64,000 bases of DNA, taken from NCBI GenBank assembly GCA_004431415.1, contig QPMI01000645.1:122545-186544 (forward strand), given 5' to 3'. Below are positions 31,901 through 44,141 of the stretch, in pieces. The notes beneath the pieces were generated by a model. That model was given only the letters and a program-made list of their open reading frames with translations. It made no database searches and had not been told where the DNA came from. The stretch's first letter is position 1, and each line of letters opens with the position of its first letter. Origin of the DNA: Cyanophora paradoxa CCMP329 (lineage: Eukaryota; Plantae; Glaucophyta). The position numbers and the translations under genes were made by a program.

Positions 31901-33576
31901 GCCGCTTCGATTGCACAGAGTCCGGTCGACGCCCCTCCCGCCCCCCTGCGTTCTCCACGCAGCCGCTGCACCCCTCCGCCGCGGCCCGTCCCGTGCTGCG
32001 GCCCGACGCGCCGGCCTTCCTTCCTGTCCCGAAGCCGCCGGTCCCAGCCCCGCAGCCGCCCGAGCCCGCCGCCCCCGCGGCCCGCCTCCACGCCACGACT
32101 GCGCCCGCGGCCGGTCCGCCCTTCCCAGTGCCTCTGCCCGTTCCGGCCCCCGCCCACATCCGGGCCGCAGATCCCGTCCCGTTGCCGGCCCCCGGCCGCG
32201 AGACGGGTTCCCGCGGCGCCGCGGCTGCAGTTGCAGCGGCCTCAGTCGCAGGGTCGACGCGCGTGTTCAGCGTGCCACCGGATTCCGGCTCCTCCCCTAC
32301 GCTTCCGCCCGCCGCAGAGAGGCAGCCACAGCCGCAGCTGCAGCCCCAGCTGCAGCCGCCCGTCTCTCGCGAACCCGCGCCCGCTGCCGCGCGCACCGCG
32401 CGGCCCTACCTGCCGCCCGGCGGCCCCACGCGCCCGTACCTGCCGCCGGGCGGCCCTGCGCCCGCCCCACGCCCGTACCGCCCGCCCGGAGGCCCGACGT
32501 TCGCCCCGCGGCCAGCCCCAATTCCAGCAGCGCTGCCGGTGCCGCCGTCGCTTCCTCCGGCGCCCCTCACCCCACCGCCGGCCTCTTCGTCAGCGACCTC
32601 CCAAGCTCAGCCGGCCCCGCCGCTCCCTTCGCCTGCTCCGTCGCCCCTCCGCCAGCCCCGCCGACGCGCCCGGAGGACTCGGCGCCTCCCGCCCCGCAGC
32701 CCGCCCCGCAGCCCGCCCTGCAGCCCGCCCCGCCCGCGGCTTTGCAGCCGGTCCCCCGCCGGCCCCGCCCTCCGCCCCGCCGGCCCCGCCGCCGGCCCCG
32801 GAGGAGGAGACGGCGGAGGAGGAGGAGGGGTACGACTCGTCAGCCGGAGGGGTACGGCGTGCGGGAGTGCTCCGTCTGCCTTAGCAAGGTCGCCACTGTC
32901 CGCTTCGAGCCCTGCGGTACCCCCCGCCCCCCGGCCGCCGACTGCGTGGGTTCTGACGGGGCGGGCAGGGCACCAGCGGGCGTGCCTGGGGTGCGTGCGG
33001 ACGATGCGGGGCACGTACTTCAAGGACTTCGGCGCCCACTGCCCCTGGTGCCGCGCCCCCGTCCACTCCTGGCAGCAGGCCCGCCCCCGCCCCCGCCCCC
33101 GGCCCCGCCTTCCAGCGCCGACGGGGCGGCAGGTGGCGGGGGAGGAGGAGTACCACGCGCCGGAGCGGTGCGTGCGCTGCCGCGCGCTGCGGCGGCCGGC
33201 GCCCCGCGACGCCCAGGTCCTCTTCCTCCCCTGCGGTGCGCCCCCGGCCCCGCGGGGCGCCGGCGGCGGGGGCTCACGGGGGCGGGGGGCAGGGCACTGG
33301 GACCACTGCCTGCGCTGCGTGCGTGAGCTCGCGCGGGCCGCCGGCAGCGCCCCGCCGCGCTGTCCCGCCGCCGGCTGCGGCGCCCCGCGCGCTGGCACGG
33401 GCCCCGCCACGGGCCCGAGGCCGCCGCCCAGCGCCGCGCCCTCGCCCTCGCCGCTGCCGCCGGTGGGGGGTGGGGTGCCGGAGGCGGGCGGGCGTGAGCG
33501 CCGGTGCTGCTGCGCTGCCGCGCGGGGACCGGCCCGGCGGGGCCCTGCGCCCGTCTTGAAAGAAGAAGCATTGTAG
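28990..33576 (+). CDS. Host multi-exon Zn-finger/RING protein gene, copy 2
   Basis: High nucleotide similarity of ~30390-33510 to ~19880-23130; shared MLLWAYDT exon. Confidence 0.7.
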
Positions 33577-34049
33577 AAAGGCTTCCTTGTAGAAAGAAGC
33601 ATTGCAAATTTCCAATCCATTGTGTCTAGAGACTGCAGCTGCTGCAGAACAATTCCAATTGTTTCACCCATATGCATGGCCAGAACTGGGTAGAGAAGTG
33701 TAGTTCTCTTAGGTTAATCCCGTGGTGCAAACTAGACAGTCAGTCGTGTACCCGCCCGGCCCGACGCGTTAGGCTCGGTCGGCGTGCGGTTGTCAAATCA
33801 AATCCACGGGCGTCGTCAATTTGCTCTTGTGAGCGAGTTTGGTCGACGTCCGGCGTGGCCAGCGCCGGGGCGCCGTTTGAAATTCAACACACATTCGACT
33901 GATTGTATAATACTATAGCTAAATACACAATTGAGACTTCTCAATTGCAAGCTTAAGGTATCGATTATTTCGAGTCCACATTGCAATTGTTTACGTTCTC
34001 TTCAAAACAGAGAAAGTGTAAAACACCTACAACAAAGTATGGATGAACG

Positions 34050-37000
34050 TCAATTTACTTCTCCACCAGGACCTACACCCCATCCAAGCGTATAAGAACC
34101 TTGGCCTGCACGTCGCGCTACAACTGGGCGAACGAGCTGACGGGGGCGGACTTGAGGCACATCCGGACCGTGGTCGACGCCGACGCCGTCCGGTTGCAGG
34201 AGCCGCAAGCGTCGACGGCCTCCGCCACGCGCCAGTCGAACACCGGCACCGCCCTGCACTCGCAGCGCAAATGTTAGCTATAGCATTATATTCAGAAGCC
34301 TTGAAGAAAGATAGAGTGCATATGCATTAATATTCTCGATCCAGACATTCTAGAAGCCATTGCAGCTTCGCGGTTTCACGTGCATCGCTCGTAAAGCTTT
34401 AAGACATGACAATATCAAATAATTATGCAGAGCGAATGGCGTAGGGCTCACCCTGGAGAGCCGCAAAGGGCGCCCCGGACGGATTCGGGGGGACAGGCCG
34501 AGCACTTCCACGGCTCGGCGGGCCCGAGCCGCGAGACGGCGTCGAGACTGCCGGCTGTTGAGCTGGCGACGAGGCACGAGCCCGACGAGACGCCGAAGAA
34601 GCGGTGGCGGAGGCGCGCCGCCTCCGCCGCGCACGCGTCGAATTCGAAGCCGGGGGCCGGGGCCGGCGCGCCGATCGCGAGGGGCTGCATGACCGGCGGG
34701 GCCGCGGCGGGATCGAACACGAAGCAGCCGCGGTACGCGTAGGGCAGCTCGACGGCGGGGAGGCTCGGCGAGGGCGAGGGTGAGGGCGTCGGGGGCCCGG
34801 AGCTCGAGGCGCCGCTGAGGCTCGGCGGGGGCGTCGCGATCGGCGCCTGCGACGAACAGGTGCTGGTGCAGCTGGAGTCGAAGACCTGCGCGCAAGTGCA
34901 AATCAAAGTGAGTCAACGGAATAGTACTAAAATAGTACTGACCCTAAACGCGAAGTTGCCAACGAGATCTTCCGAGGCGTAGCGTGAGCCCTGAGCGCGC
35001 GAAACGAGGACGTGACATCAAATTCAACAAACTTTGAAATCTGCGAGAAGAAAGAAAGATACTGACCTGCACCAGCACGTAGTATGTACCCGGTCGGACG
35101 AAAGCTTGTCCCTTGCCGTCGCTCGGATTGAAAGGCACTGCGTATGTGCATATATAAATGAACAGATCTAGAGAGACGCAGAAAATATTGATCTCTTAAA
35201 ATGCGCACGGTCGAGTGCGAATCCTGCTCCGTAGGGGCCGTTGTACTCAGTGGGCTCGAGAATGGCGTTCTGGAAAGAGGGCAGCGCGGGGTTTCCAATG
35301 TAGACAATGACTTGCATATTAGGATCCGCGAAGTCGTACACGTCCATGATGTTGGATAGCGAGCGCCTTCCGGAGCACTCGCCCATCAAAGGATCGAATT
35401 GACTAATTAGAAATTTACTGGAACTCGGTTGCTCACCTGTCTTCCTCGAAGCGAACCCGCGTGAGGAACACGCCGGAATTGGATGCGGCTGCAGTATCGA
35501 CCTCGATGTAGACGATGGGGCCGCTGTACTGGTTCTTGATTCTGGGGTAGTACCTCGTCCGGTGGAGGTCCCTTGGAAGGTTCTTGAGCGTCTTTATCGA
35601 TATGCTGCACGGCTCCGAGGCCCCTTGGAAGAGAGACGACTTGTAAAAGGGCGGCCCGACCACGTTGGAGGCGCCTGAGCAGAGCCGGTTACTCCAAATT
35701 TAACGCGAACGAAGAAGCTAAAAATTAAGCTTGCGATTGCAATAGGGAATTAAATATATATTGGAGCCGTCTGGCTTGGATTCGGAGGCACCTGGGAGGT
35801 TGAGAGCCCTCGTGTTGAGCAACCGGTTCGGGCCCCCTTTGAGACCCGCCCCATCGATCCCCGGAAGAGCCGCTTGCAGAATCGCCGTCTCCACAACCTG
35901 CACGCCGGCACTCAAACGGCAGCGCTTGGAACTCGATCTACTAATAACATAATGCCGCGTGGAACTCGAAATTTCTAACTAGCTATAGCTATAAAGCGCA
36001 CCGATGCATTCGCGGCTGGGTTGGCGCCTCGGTAGAGGGCGGCCGTGCCGGCGACAAGCGCCGCCGCGTACGACGTCCCGTGCACGACGACGAGGTTGAC
36101 GGCCCCGAAGTAGTCCTTGTTGTATACGTCGTTGTTGTAAAACATGACGTAGTCCGCGTCGATGTGGGCGGCCGCTCGCATGTTCTGGCCCGGCGCCAGG
36201 ATGTGCACGCAACTTCCGGATCGAAATCGAAAGAATACGGTATCAGATAATTAAAAAGAGCTACAGTGAGATTTTGAATGCAAGATCCGGGAATGCGGAC
36301 CTGCCCCAGTTGGAGAAGCCGGCGCGGTAGTCGTCCTGGTCGCTGGCGCCGACGTTGATGGCGCCGGGCGAGTTGCCCGGCACTGCGTCGCACGCATTCC
36401 CGTACTGGTTCCCGGCCGCCTGCAATCGCGATTCGCAAAGAATTGACATCAGCGATAAAAGACTCCGGCAGGTTCCGCAGCCGGAAGCGCACCGTCACCG
36501 GGATGGCGTCCACGTCTGCCGCGCGAAGGCGGGCGAAGGCATCCGTGTACGCCGGGTTGACCTGCCCTCGCGATCGTGCCCCACATTTAAACCCGATGCC
36601 GATCAACAACGGCGCGCGAAGTCGGCCGCATCGAATCGATACGTATACATCGCGCCGCCTTCGAATTCAGATCTCTAGATATAGACCTCTCCGCACCTTG
36701 GAAGAATTGCCCGCTGTGGCGTTCAGGATGGAGGAGAGGGCGAGGAGGACGACGGCCTTCCTCCCGCTCGGGCCCCTCTCCCGGATCTTGGCGATCGCCG
36801 CGTCGATGCCGGCGATGACGCGGCCGTCCGTCGTCGCGGGGTTGCAGGGGCTGGCGGGGTTGGCCCGGTCCCGCCGCGGGAAGACCTTGAGGCCGAAGAC
36901 GGTCGCGTTGGGCGCTGCGCCGACGCTCGCTCCAGCCGCCACCTGCGCGCGCGATCGCGGGCGACCGCGAGCGCACGTTGTTATTTGCGGGTTCGAGTGT

Positions 37001-37146
37001 CGGCGGGATTTAAACGCCGAGCCTCGGAGGTGAAAATAATAGTGATCTCGCACGGAAGCGGTGGCGGTGCCATGGTAGGTGAGGGAGCAATCCAGGCCCC
37101 AGTTGGGGCTCGAGCTTGTGTACAGGTCCGAGTCCGTATCGAAGAG
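34050..37146 (-). pseudogene. Host subtilisin (S8A, proteinase K-like) gene, 5'-truncated at the element 2 junction
   Basis: HGTATAS (His), AAGNQYGNAC..VGASD..FSNWG..ILAPG, GTSYAAALVAG (Ser), GGPNRLL; no catalytic-Asp exon or propeptide visible in the window. Confidence 0.85.
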
Positions 37147-37492
37147 TGTTGTACACCCATGGACCCCGCTTACGGCCACTTCGCTTCGCTCCGGGCCGCG
37201 GTTCCATGGGTATTTAGCGTCTTCCCCTCACTAGATCGATCTGATTTTGCCGTGCGTGTACCAAAATCGTTTTACACGTTTCCCTCTGCTATTACGTGCC
37301 GGAGGGCGTGTGCGTGGGTACCTTAGGGGTTGAAAAATAAAATTCGATTTAGCTTCGAGGAGGTAGCTAACGGGAGAGCCTTTGAGGCTGATTGGGAATT
37401 CACTTTAGGGTATGAGCTTAGGCATTCTAGTGTCCACTGAGAGGCCGAAGGCAGGAAGCCATCTTGGCTGACGCCGCACTAGAAATTCCCGG
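37147..37492 (+). repeat. Left TIR (346 bp, includes a 29-bp insertion absent from the right TIR)
   Basis: Reverse complement of 58261-58573 apart from four 1-nt homopolymer indels and 37447-37475. Confidence 0.97.
37444..37475 (+). repeat. GC-rich double-hairpin micro-insertion, copy 1
   Basis: gcc-gaaggcaggaagccatcttggctgac-gcc; the right TIR shows the empty site with a single gcc. Confidence 0.85.
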
Positions 37493-37810
37493 GGAGGTGC
37501 CCAACCCACGCCAGCAAAGTGAATTTAGGGATGGCTCTGTGCATCTTCTTACATCCAGCCTACGTACATGTCAGATCGGATGAATGCGAAATACCCAAAC
37601 AATGGACCAAAGAACGAATCTAGCCCGACTGGAAAAAGCAAAGGCTGCCGAAAGCGACCTCAGTAAAACCCAGTCTCAAAGATCAAACTCGATGTATATA
37701 GCCTCACTGTGGGAAAGCCAGCACGTTACTTAGTAAAAACAGAGTCAACTACAGTTTGTAGCTTACTTATTGCCTAGTTACGAAGGATCAGCTTCGCGTT
37801 TAGATCCTTT

Positions 37811-38740
37811 AAGACTATAGGAGATCTGGACTAATATTTCGAAAGTTATTGTCGGGAAGTATAAAAATAAGACTATAGGAGATCTGGACTAACATTTCAA
37901 AAGTTACAGCGATATCGATTGTCGGGAAGTATAAAAATAAGACTATAGGAGATCTGGACTAATATTTCGAAAGTTATTGTCGGGAAGTATAAAAATAAGA
38001 CTATAGGAGATCTGGACTAACATTTCAAAAGTTATTGTCGGGAAGTATAAAAATAAGACTATAGGAGATCTGGACTAATACTTCAAAAGTTATAACAAAT
38101 ACTAGAAGTCTCATACCCCTATTTTTATACCTTCCGACAAACAAATACTAGAAGTCTCATACCCCTATTTTTATACAGCGATATCGATTGTCGGGAAGTA
38201 TGAAAATAAGACTATAGGAGATCTGGACTAACATATCAAAAGTTATTGTCGGGAAGTATAAAAATAAGACTATAGGAGATCTGGACTAACATTTCAAAAG
38301 TTACAGCGATATCGATTGTCGGGAAGTATAAAAATAAGACTATAGGAGATCTGGACAAATATTTCGAAAGTTATTGTCGGGAAGTATAAAAATAAGACTA
38401 TAGGAGATCTGGACAAGTTATTGTCGGGAAGTATAAAAATAAGACTATAGGAGATCTGGACTAACATTTCAAAAGTTATTGTCGGGAAGTATAAAAATAA
38501 GACTATAGGAGATCTGGACTAATACTTCAAAAGTTATAACAAATACTAGAAGTCTCATACCCCTATTTTTATACCTTCCGACAAACAAATACTAGAAGTC
38601 TCATACCCCTATTTTTATACCTTCCGACAATCTACTTAAAAGTTACAGAAATCGATAGCGATTGTCGGGAAGTGTAAGAGCAAACGGCTGCGGTGGGAAC
38701 TGGACAAACAAATACTAGAAGTCTCATACCCCTATTTTTA
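37811..38740. repeat. Subterminal composite tandem array: 11 copies of a 58-bp unit A and 5 copies of a 46-bp unit B
   Basis: A core aagactataggagatctggac..ttgtcgggaagtataaaaat; B acaaatactagaagtctcatacccctatttttataccttccgacaa; order A5-B2-A6-B2-A'-B. Confidence 0.95.
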
Positions 38741-38879
38741 CAGCTCTCGCGGCCAACTTAAGTGATCAGCTTCAGCTGTAGCTGTGCAAGCCTTAAAGAA
38801 AACGCGATGATAGTTATCAATCAGAGATTGTGCGCGCTGAATTTCGAAAAAGTTTTCTGATTGTATCATTAATCGAAAC

Positions 38880-41800
38880 ATGAGCTCCCGAGCCGTAAGA
38901 GCTAGCCTTAGAACCGAAATCAACGAGCTTGCACAGAGGCTGTATGAGCGAGGCTACATTAATGCAACGTATAGGAACTCGCTACTGCGGCCTCTTTCAA
39001 ACACCAGGACCCACACTGACACACTCCGATCCTCTCTAGCATCACTGCTCAGGCTGCAGGGGACAGAAAGGCCTCAGCGTCCGCTGTACGGGCGAGACGT
39101 TGCCGCTCATTTTGAGAGGGCGCAGGCTGCGCGAGCAGCAGCAACACAGGAGATTGATGAAGTTGCGGAAGCTATATCAGGGCTATTCCGCGAGCAGGCA
39201 TCGGCCAACGTTAACGTAGTTCGCACCTATACTCACCACGAGTATCCAGGGCTGCTTTTCACGAAGGACATTATAGAGATAGAGCCGACAGCTGATCCAG
39301 AGAGAGTGAAAGAATTGACGATAGCGTTTCTGAATGAGCTGCGAATCCCAGAGAGGATTGGAGCTGCTGTTTTAATTCGCTTTCATTTTGAGAATTTCCA
39401 CATGTACCGCACGCAGCTTGCGACCATAGAGGAGGGCACGATGCAGTCACTTCTAGCAAATCTCGCGGAGAAGATGGAGAGTTGGATGCTAGCGCAGCAG
39501 CCCTACGAGGACACTGATGTCTGGCCAGTCGTGCAGATCGAGGTGCTTATCGCAGAAAACGCAGCAGGGGCTCTGGGAAATGTACCTAAGCTGCCCTTTG
39601 GAGGGAAGGCTCTAACGATGAACAAGATCTACTGTCCGATCTCTCCAGAGGACAACTGCGTGCTTGAATGCTTTGAGCATGAGAAGCTCAATCCCGGTCG
39701 CCTGAACCTTGAGAGAGTATATAAGAAGCTTCAGCATGTTGATTACAGTTCAATTCGCACACAGCTGGGGCTTCCACGGGGCCTAATTGTAGTCGATGAA
39801 CCTACCATACGCAAGCTGAGCCAGCACTATAGAATCGATGCAAGCATTTTCGAGTGGGTCTCGGACCGCAGCGCGTCGAAGTTCAAGCTCCTATTTTCAA
39901 CTGAATTTGGCTTTGAACGCCGAGCCCACCTTTGCGTGGTCGATGCGCACTGCTTTCTAATTAAAGATAAGAGAACGTGCGAGATGCAGAAGTGCAGAGC
40001 CTGCGGAAAGATGCAGTATGATTTGGCGACTCACAAGGAAACCTGCCGCTTCTGCTATACCTGCCGCTGCGCCTACAATCCGAAGGAGGACCATGCAAGC
40101 AAATGCGATGAAGCAGTGAGGAACAAGAGCGTTATTGAACGCAAAATCAAGCCATGCGAGCCCGAGGAAGAGTTTACAGCCCTAAACTCAGTCATAGCGG
40201 CAGACTTTGAAACGTTTGCACCCAACCGCACGACCCACGTTCCGTACGCAGTCGATATGGACATAATTAGCAAAGGAGAGATCACGGAAACGAAATCGTT
40301 CTGCGGCCCCGAAACTCTGGAACAGTTTATGCTCTGGCTTGACGACTGGAAAGAAAAGTCGACTCTAGTATTCTTCAATGGCAGCGGCTTCGACTTGATA
40401 TTTATCTATAAGTGGCTTGTCCAGAACCGCCCAGACTGCCAGGTCAAGGTGATGCGCTCATCCGGAAAGATCAAGAGCATGGAGTGGAAGACGCTGGCTG
40501 GGGAGAGTTTAAAAGCTTTGACCCCTGTTTGCACATACAGGGCTCACTGCGGCAGGCTGGGAAGGACTACGGGTGCACCACCTTGAAAGGGGATTTTGAC
40601 CACCGAAAGATAAGAGCGTGGGATGACGTTGAGATTCACAAGGAAGCCTGGAGCGAATATTTGAGAGCTGACGTTCGGTCGATGACTGAGCTGTATATTA
40701 AGTACGCTCGGACATGTTTTGATCTATTTGGGATCAATGTGAATTCGAAGCGCACCTTGACAGCATCGGCGATGGCTTTTCAGATCCACAGGCAGCTGAT
40801 GAAAACGGAAGTGCTGCTACCGAAATACAAGGAGGACCAGATTTTTCGCAAAGCGATTTACGGAGGGCGATGCCTACCATTCAAGCGGAAGTTTGTCTCG
40901 AAGGGTCCAGATGATTACTTGGTAGATCTGGATGTGGTCTCTCTCTATCCGACGGCTATGTACTTTAATTACTTTCCCACTGGTAAATTCAAATGCATCA
41001 CCGATCAAGCGGAGCTAGAGCGATTCCGCAAGTTTATGCTGAGCAGGAAAATGGAACAGCTGTTTGTTGCAAAGATTAGCGCTAAAATTCCTCAGGATCT
41101 TGTGCTCTCTCCCCTTCCCCGCCACGAAGCCAATCTGGGATGGTCTAACTTGAAGCCTATTGAGAAAGAAATGTACACCTCAGTCGATATCTACCGGGCA
41201 ATAGCACTGGGAGTTGAGATCACAGAGCTGCACGAGGTGTACTTGTTTGAGGGCAAGGAACGAATGTTCAAAGATTACATTGAGAAGCTGTACTGCATGA
41301 AAGCACGCTCACGAAAGGGGACCGCCCAGTATGCTACGGCGAAGATCCTCTTGAATGGGCTCTATGGAAAATTTGCTCAGCGTCCAGTAATTGAGACAAC
41401 CGAGCTGGTCTCAAACTACAGACGATTCAAGGAGATACAGCGATCATCGACGATTACAGACATTGACATAGAGAATGATACGAGAATGTACGTCACATTT
41501 GAGATCCCTGAGTATAGGCGGGATGCCTGCGTTTCGAAGCCTTGCTTTGTTGGTGCATTTATCCTCTCCTACAGCCGCGAAATCATGGATCGATTTTTGG
41601 TGAGGATGAACTCATATAAGGACGTAGAGGCAATGCCATACTACACAGATACAGATTCTATGATCGTGCACAGGAGGTTTGCTGAGCTTCTGAAGGACTG
41701 CATGAAGCAGCCATATTCAGTTGAGGGAATGTCAGAGGAGGAAGGGAATAGAATGATCTGCGAGAGCGAGCTGGGGAAACTAGATTATGACATCCAAGGG

Positions 41801-42252
41801 AGAATTACTGAGGCTTACTTCATTGGCCAAAGGTTTATTGCTGCTACTTTGTGAGGTCGAATGGGGAACCAGATCTGCATGTGCGGGCAAAGGGAATTCC
41901 GAAGAGCTGGATAGAGGAGAACTGGCTCCCGAGTGATCCAGTGGCAAAGAAGGAATCCCTTGATAACCGAATTGCTTTGGAGGCCTTCACAAGGATGCTA
42001 GAGGAACGTTATCAGCCGCAGTGCACACTAGATTCTAAACTAGCGCGTGTTTTCAAGCCCAATGGAAAGCAACGCGATGCTGGGATCGACTTCAGCTCTA
42101 TAATTCAGATTCCATTCAGCCGAATACTCAACAAAACGGAGTATACGAAACGAAAGATTATTCCTGACGAATATTACAGCACGGTTCCCCATGAATACGT
42201 TCGAGCAACAGGCGGCAGCCAAGAAGGCAACCTTGACTTTGTCGATCTCTGA
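38880..42252 (+). CDS. polB: Protein-primed family B DNA polymerase (two frameshifts, near 40505 and 41830)
   Basis: ExoI ADFET, ExoII FNGSGFD, ExoIII YLRAD; PolA DVVSLYP, PolB KILLNGLYGKF, PolC YTDTDS; RAKG. Confidence 0.95.
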
Positions 42253-43408
42253 TGCTTACTATGATCCTGAGACAGGGCTCCAGTCAGCTGCACGGATAGC
42301 TAAGAAGCTGAAGATGCCGCTGGCAAGGGTGCAGGCAGTGCTCGCGAAGCTGTCCACAGCTCAGCGCTTTGCAAAACCGGTGAAAGAGAAGCCGTACACC
42401 AGTATCACGTATAATCACCCAGAGAAGTATTATGAAGTGGATTTGATCGATGTCAGTCCCTATGCTAGAAGCAACCGCGGAGTGCACTTCATCATGAACG
42501 CTGTGGATGTTGTAACCCGGAAAGCGTACAGCATCCCAATGAAAAATAAAAGCGAGGGGACCCTGCTTTCGACACTGCGGCAGCTCATAGCAAGCTTTCC
42601 GGTGAAGCCCGATATCATTCAGACGGATCAGGAATTCAAGGCTACAGCTGCAACTATGCTAGCAGCCGAGGGGATAAAGCACAATGCTGTCGAGGCGCAT
42701 CGTCCGCAGGCAAATGGAAAGGTAGAGCGCTTTAATGGTACTCTGAAGCGGATCATTGCAAGATACATGGAGGCGTACGACACCGACCGATATATCGATA
42801 AGCTGCCATCCTTTCTGCGCAACTATAACAGCTCCGAGCATAGAGCTATTAAAACTACGCCTGATGAGGCAGCAAAGAACCCAGCACCTGTTATTGCAAG
42901 AAACGATTATCAGAGAGAGGCGTACGAGCAGCAGCACTATCTGAAAGAGGCCGAGTTCAAGGTAGGAGACTCTGTGCGCGTAAAGCTGGCGAGGAACACG
43001 TTTGATAAATCAACGAAGCCGACGTACTCAAAAGAAGTCTATCAGATTGAAGCTATAGGAGGATTTGGCCCTCTGCTCAAGTTCAAGCTTGCTGGATACG
43101 ACAAGGAGGTGAGCTACCAGCAGCTGCTGAAAGTGCCAGCAGAGACAGAGCAGCGGCGGGCTGGAAGTGCTGCACAGAATGCCCTTCGCCGTCGAAAGCA
43201 GGAGCTGAATTTGATGCAAGAGAATCTGGACAAGTCAGACATCGAAAAAAATAAGAGACTTCTCCGGGTTCAAAAGCAGCTGCTTACTGCTGGAACCAAG
43301 GCGTTAAATCCAGGAGGTTCGACAGCTCGGTGGTACACGTCTTTTGAAAATGCGAAGGCCTCTTATTCTGCGCCCAGCAACACGAGGACACTTAGACCGA
43401 GACGCTGA
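42191..43408 (+). CDS. Retroviral-type (rve/DDE) integrase
   Basis: EVDLID, QTDQEF, QANGKVERFNGTLKR, YNSSEHRAIKTTP, C-terminal FKVGDSVRV. Confidence 0.95.
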   Translation: MNTFEQQAAAKKATLTLSISDAYYDPETGLQSAARIAKKLKMPLARVQAVLAKLSTAQRFAKPVKEKPYTSITYNHPEKYYEVDLIDVSPYARSNRGVHFIMNAVDVVTRKAYSIPMKNKSEGTLLSTLRQLIASFPVKPDIIQTDQEFKATAATMLAAEGIKHNAVEAHRPQANGKVERFNGTLKRIIARYMEAYDTDRYIDKLPSFLRNYNSSEHRAIKTTPDEAAKNPAPVIARNDYQREAYEQQHYLKEAEFKVGDSVRVKLARNTFDKSTKPTYSKEVYQIEAIGGFGPLLKFKLAGYDKEVSYQQLLKVPAETEQRRAGSAAQNALRRRKQELNLMQENLDKSDIEKNKRLLRVQKQLLTAGTKALNPGGSTARWYTSFENAKASYSAPSNTRTLRPRR

Positions 43409-43669
43409 TTCCAGCGGAAGCTAGGGCACTCTCAAGTACAGAGATTCGATTTATCAACCGAGTGCGATAGCGCTTGTTTGCCTCGTTGTGAGCATCTTTG
43501 TGCGAAGCCTGATATCTGCTGCTCTGCTCAATGTGTCTCTGGCGATATGCAGGGTCCTCGCTGTATTTTCTGCGGTGGTACTCTGCTTTCTCTCCCTTCT
43601 TGCTTGAATAATCTCTGGCGTAAGAGCAATCGGTTTGCGCCCTGGTTTGCGACGCTGCGCTGACTCCAT
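43392..43669 (-). CDS. Small basic DPAY-repeat protein (frameshifted)
   Basis: RKPGRKP followed by RKYSEDPAYRQRH; homologue of 31-447 and 1347-1592. Confidence 0.6.
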
Positions 43670-43756
43670 TTCCCTCTTTCATTTAAGGATCTAAATTATT
43701 TAAGCGGTATAAATCGCGCTAGAATCACGAGATTTATTTCTATCTTTTAAAGCATC

Positions 43757-44098
43757 ATGGAATCGCCGCTGCGCCTGACAATACTGAGAATTGGGAAATA
43801 CAAAGGGCATACACACCTTGAAGTTGCTTTCAGAGATCCATCATATGCTCACTGGTTGTGTCGATGGGCCAGGCTAAGTGATTATGATCGCGCTCAGTTT
43901 GTCAAGGCATCTAAGCTAATCCGAGAGACAAAACCAGACATTATGTGGGATTGTACAAAAAAGAAAGAGCTGCTAGGATTGCTCAGGCTGCAGCCCAAAA
44001 TTCTACGCAGCCACAAAATGTGGAGTTATCACCAGCAGATGACCTTGATCTGGACTTATCGATATCAGAGGCGGATGGGCCGGGCTTTTGAACTCTGA
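43757..44098 (+). CDS. Small GKYKG...DPSY..W domain protein (DUF3820/ExoX-C-like)
   Basis: IGKYKGHTHLEVAFRDPSYAHWL. Confidence 0.6.
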   Translation: MESPLRLTILRIGKYKGHTHLEVAFRDPSYAHWLCRWARLSDYDRAQFVKASKLIRETKPDIMWDCTKKKELLGLLRLQPKILRSHKMWSYHQQMTLIWTYRYQRRMGRAFEL

Positions 44099-44141
44099 AC
44101 TAGGCTTAAAGAGATCGCAATCTCAGATTGTAAAGAAAGAC

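Noticed and set aside
19690-33677. Many long overlapping Arg/Pro/Ala/Gly-rich ORFs on both strands
   Set aside because: Stop-poor GC-rich DNA produces shadow frames; the real gene is spliced on the + strand
37811-38740. CRISPR-like array
   Set aside because: The units are contiguous repeats without unique spacers, and no cas-like genes are present
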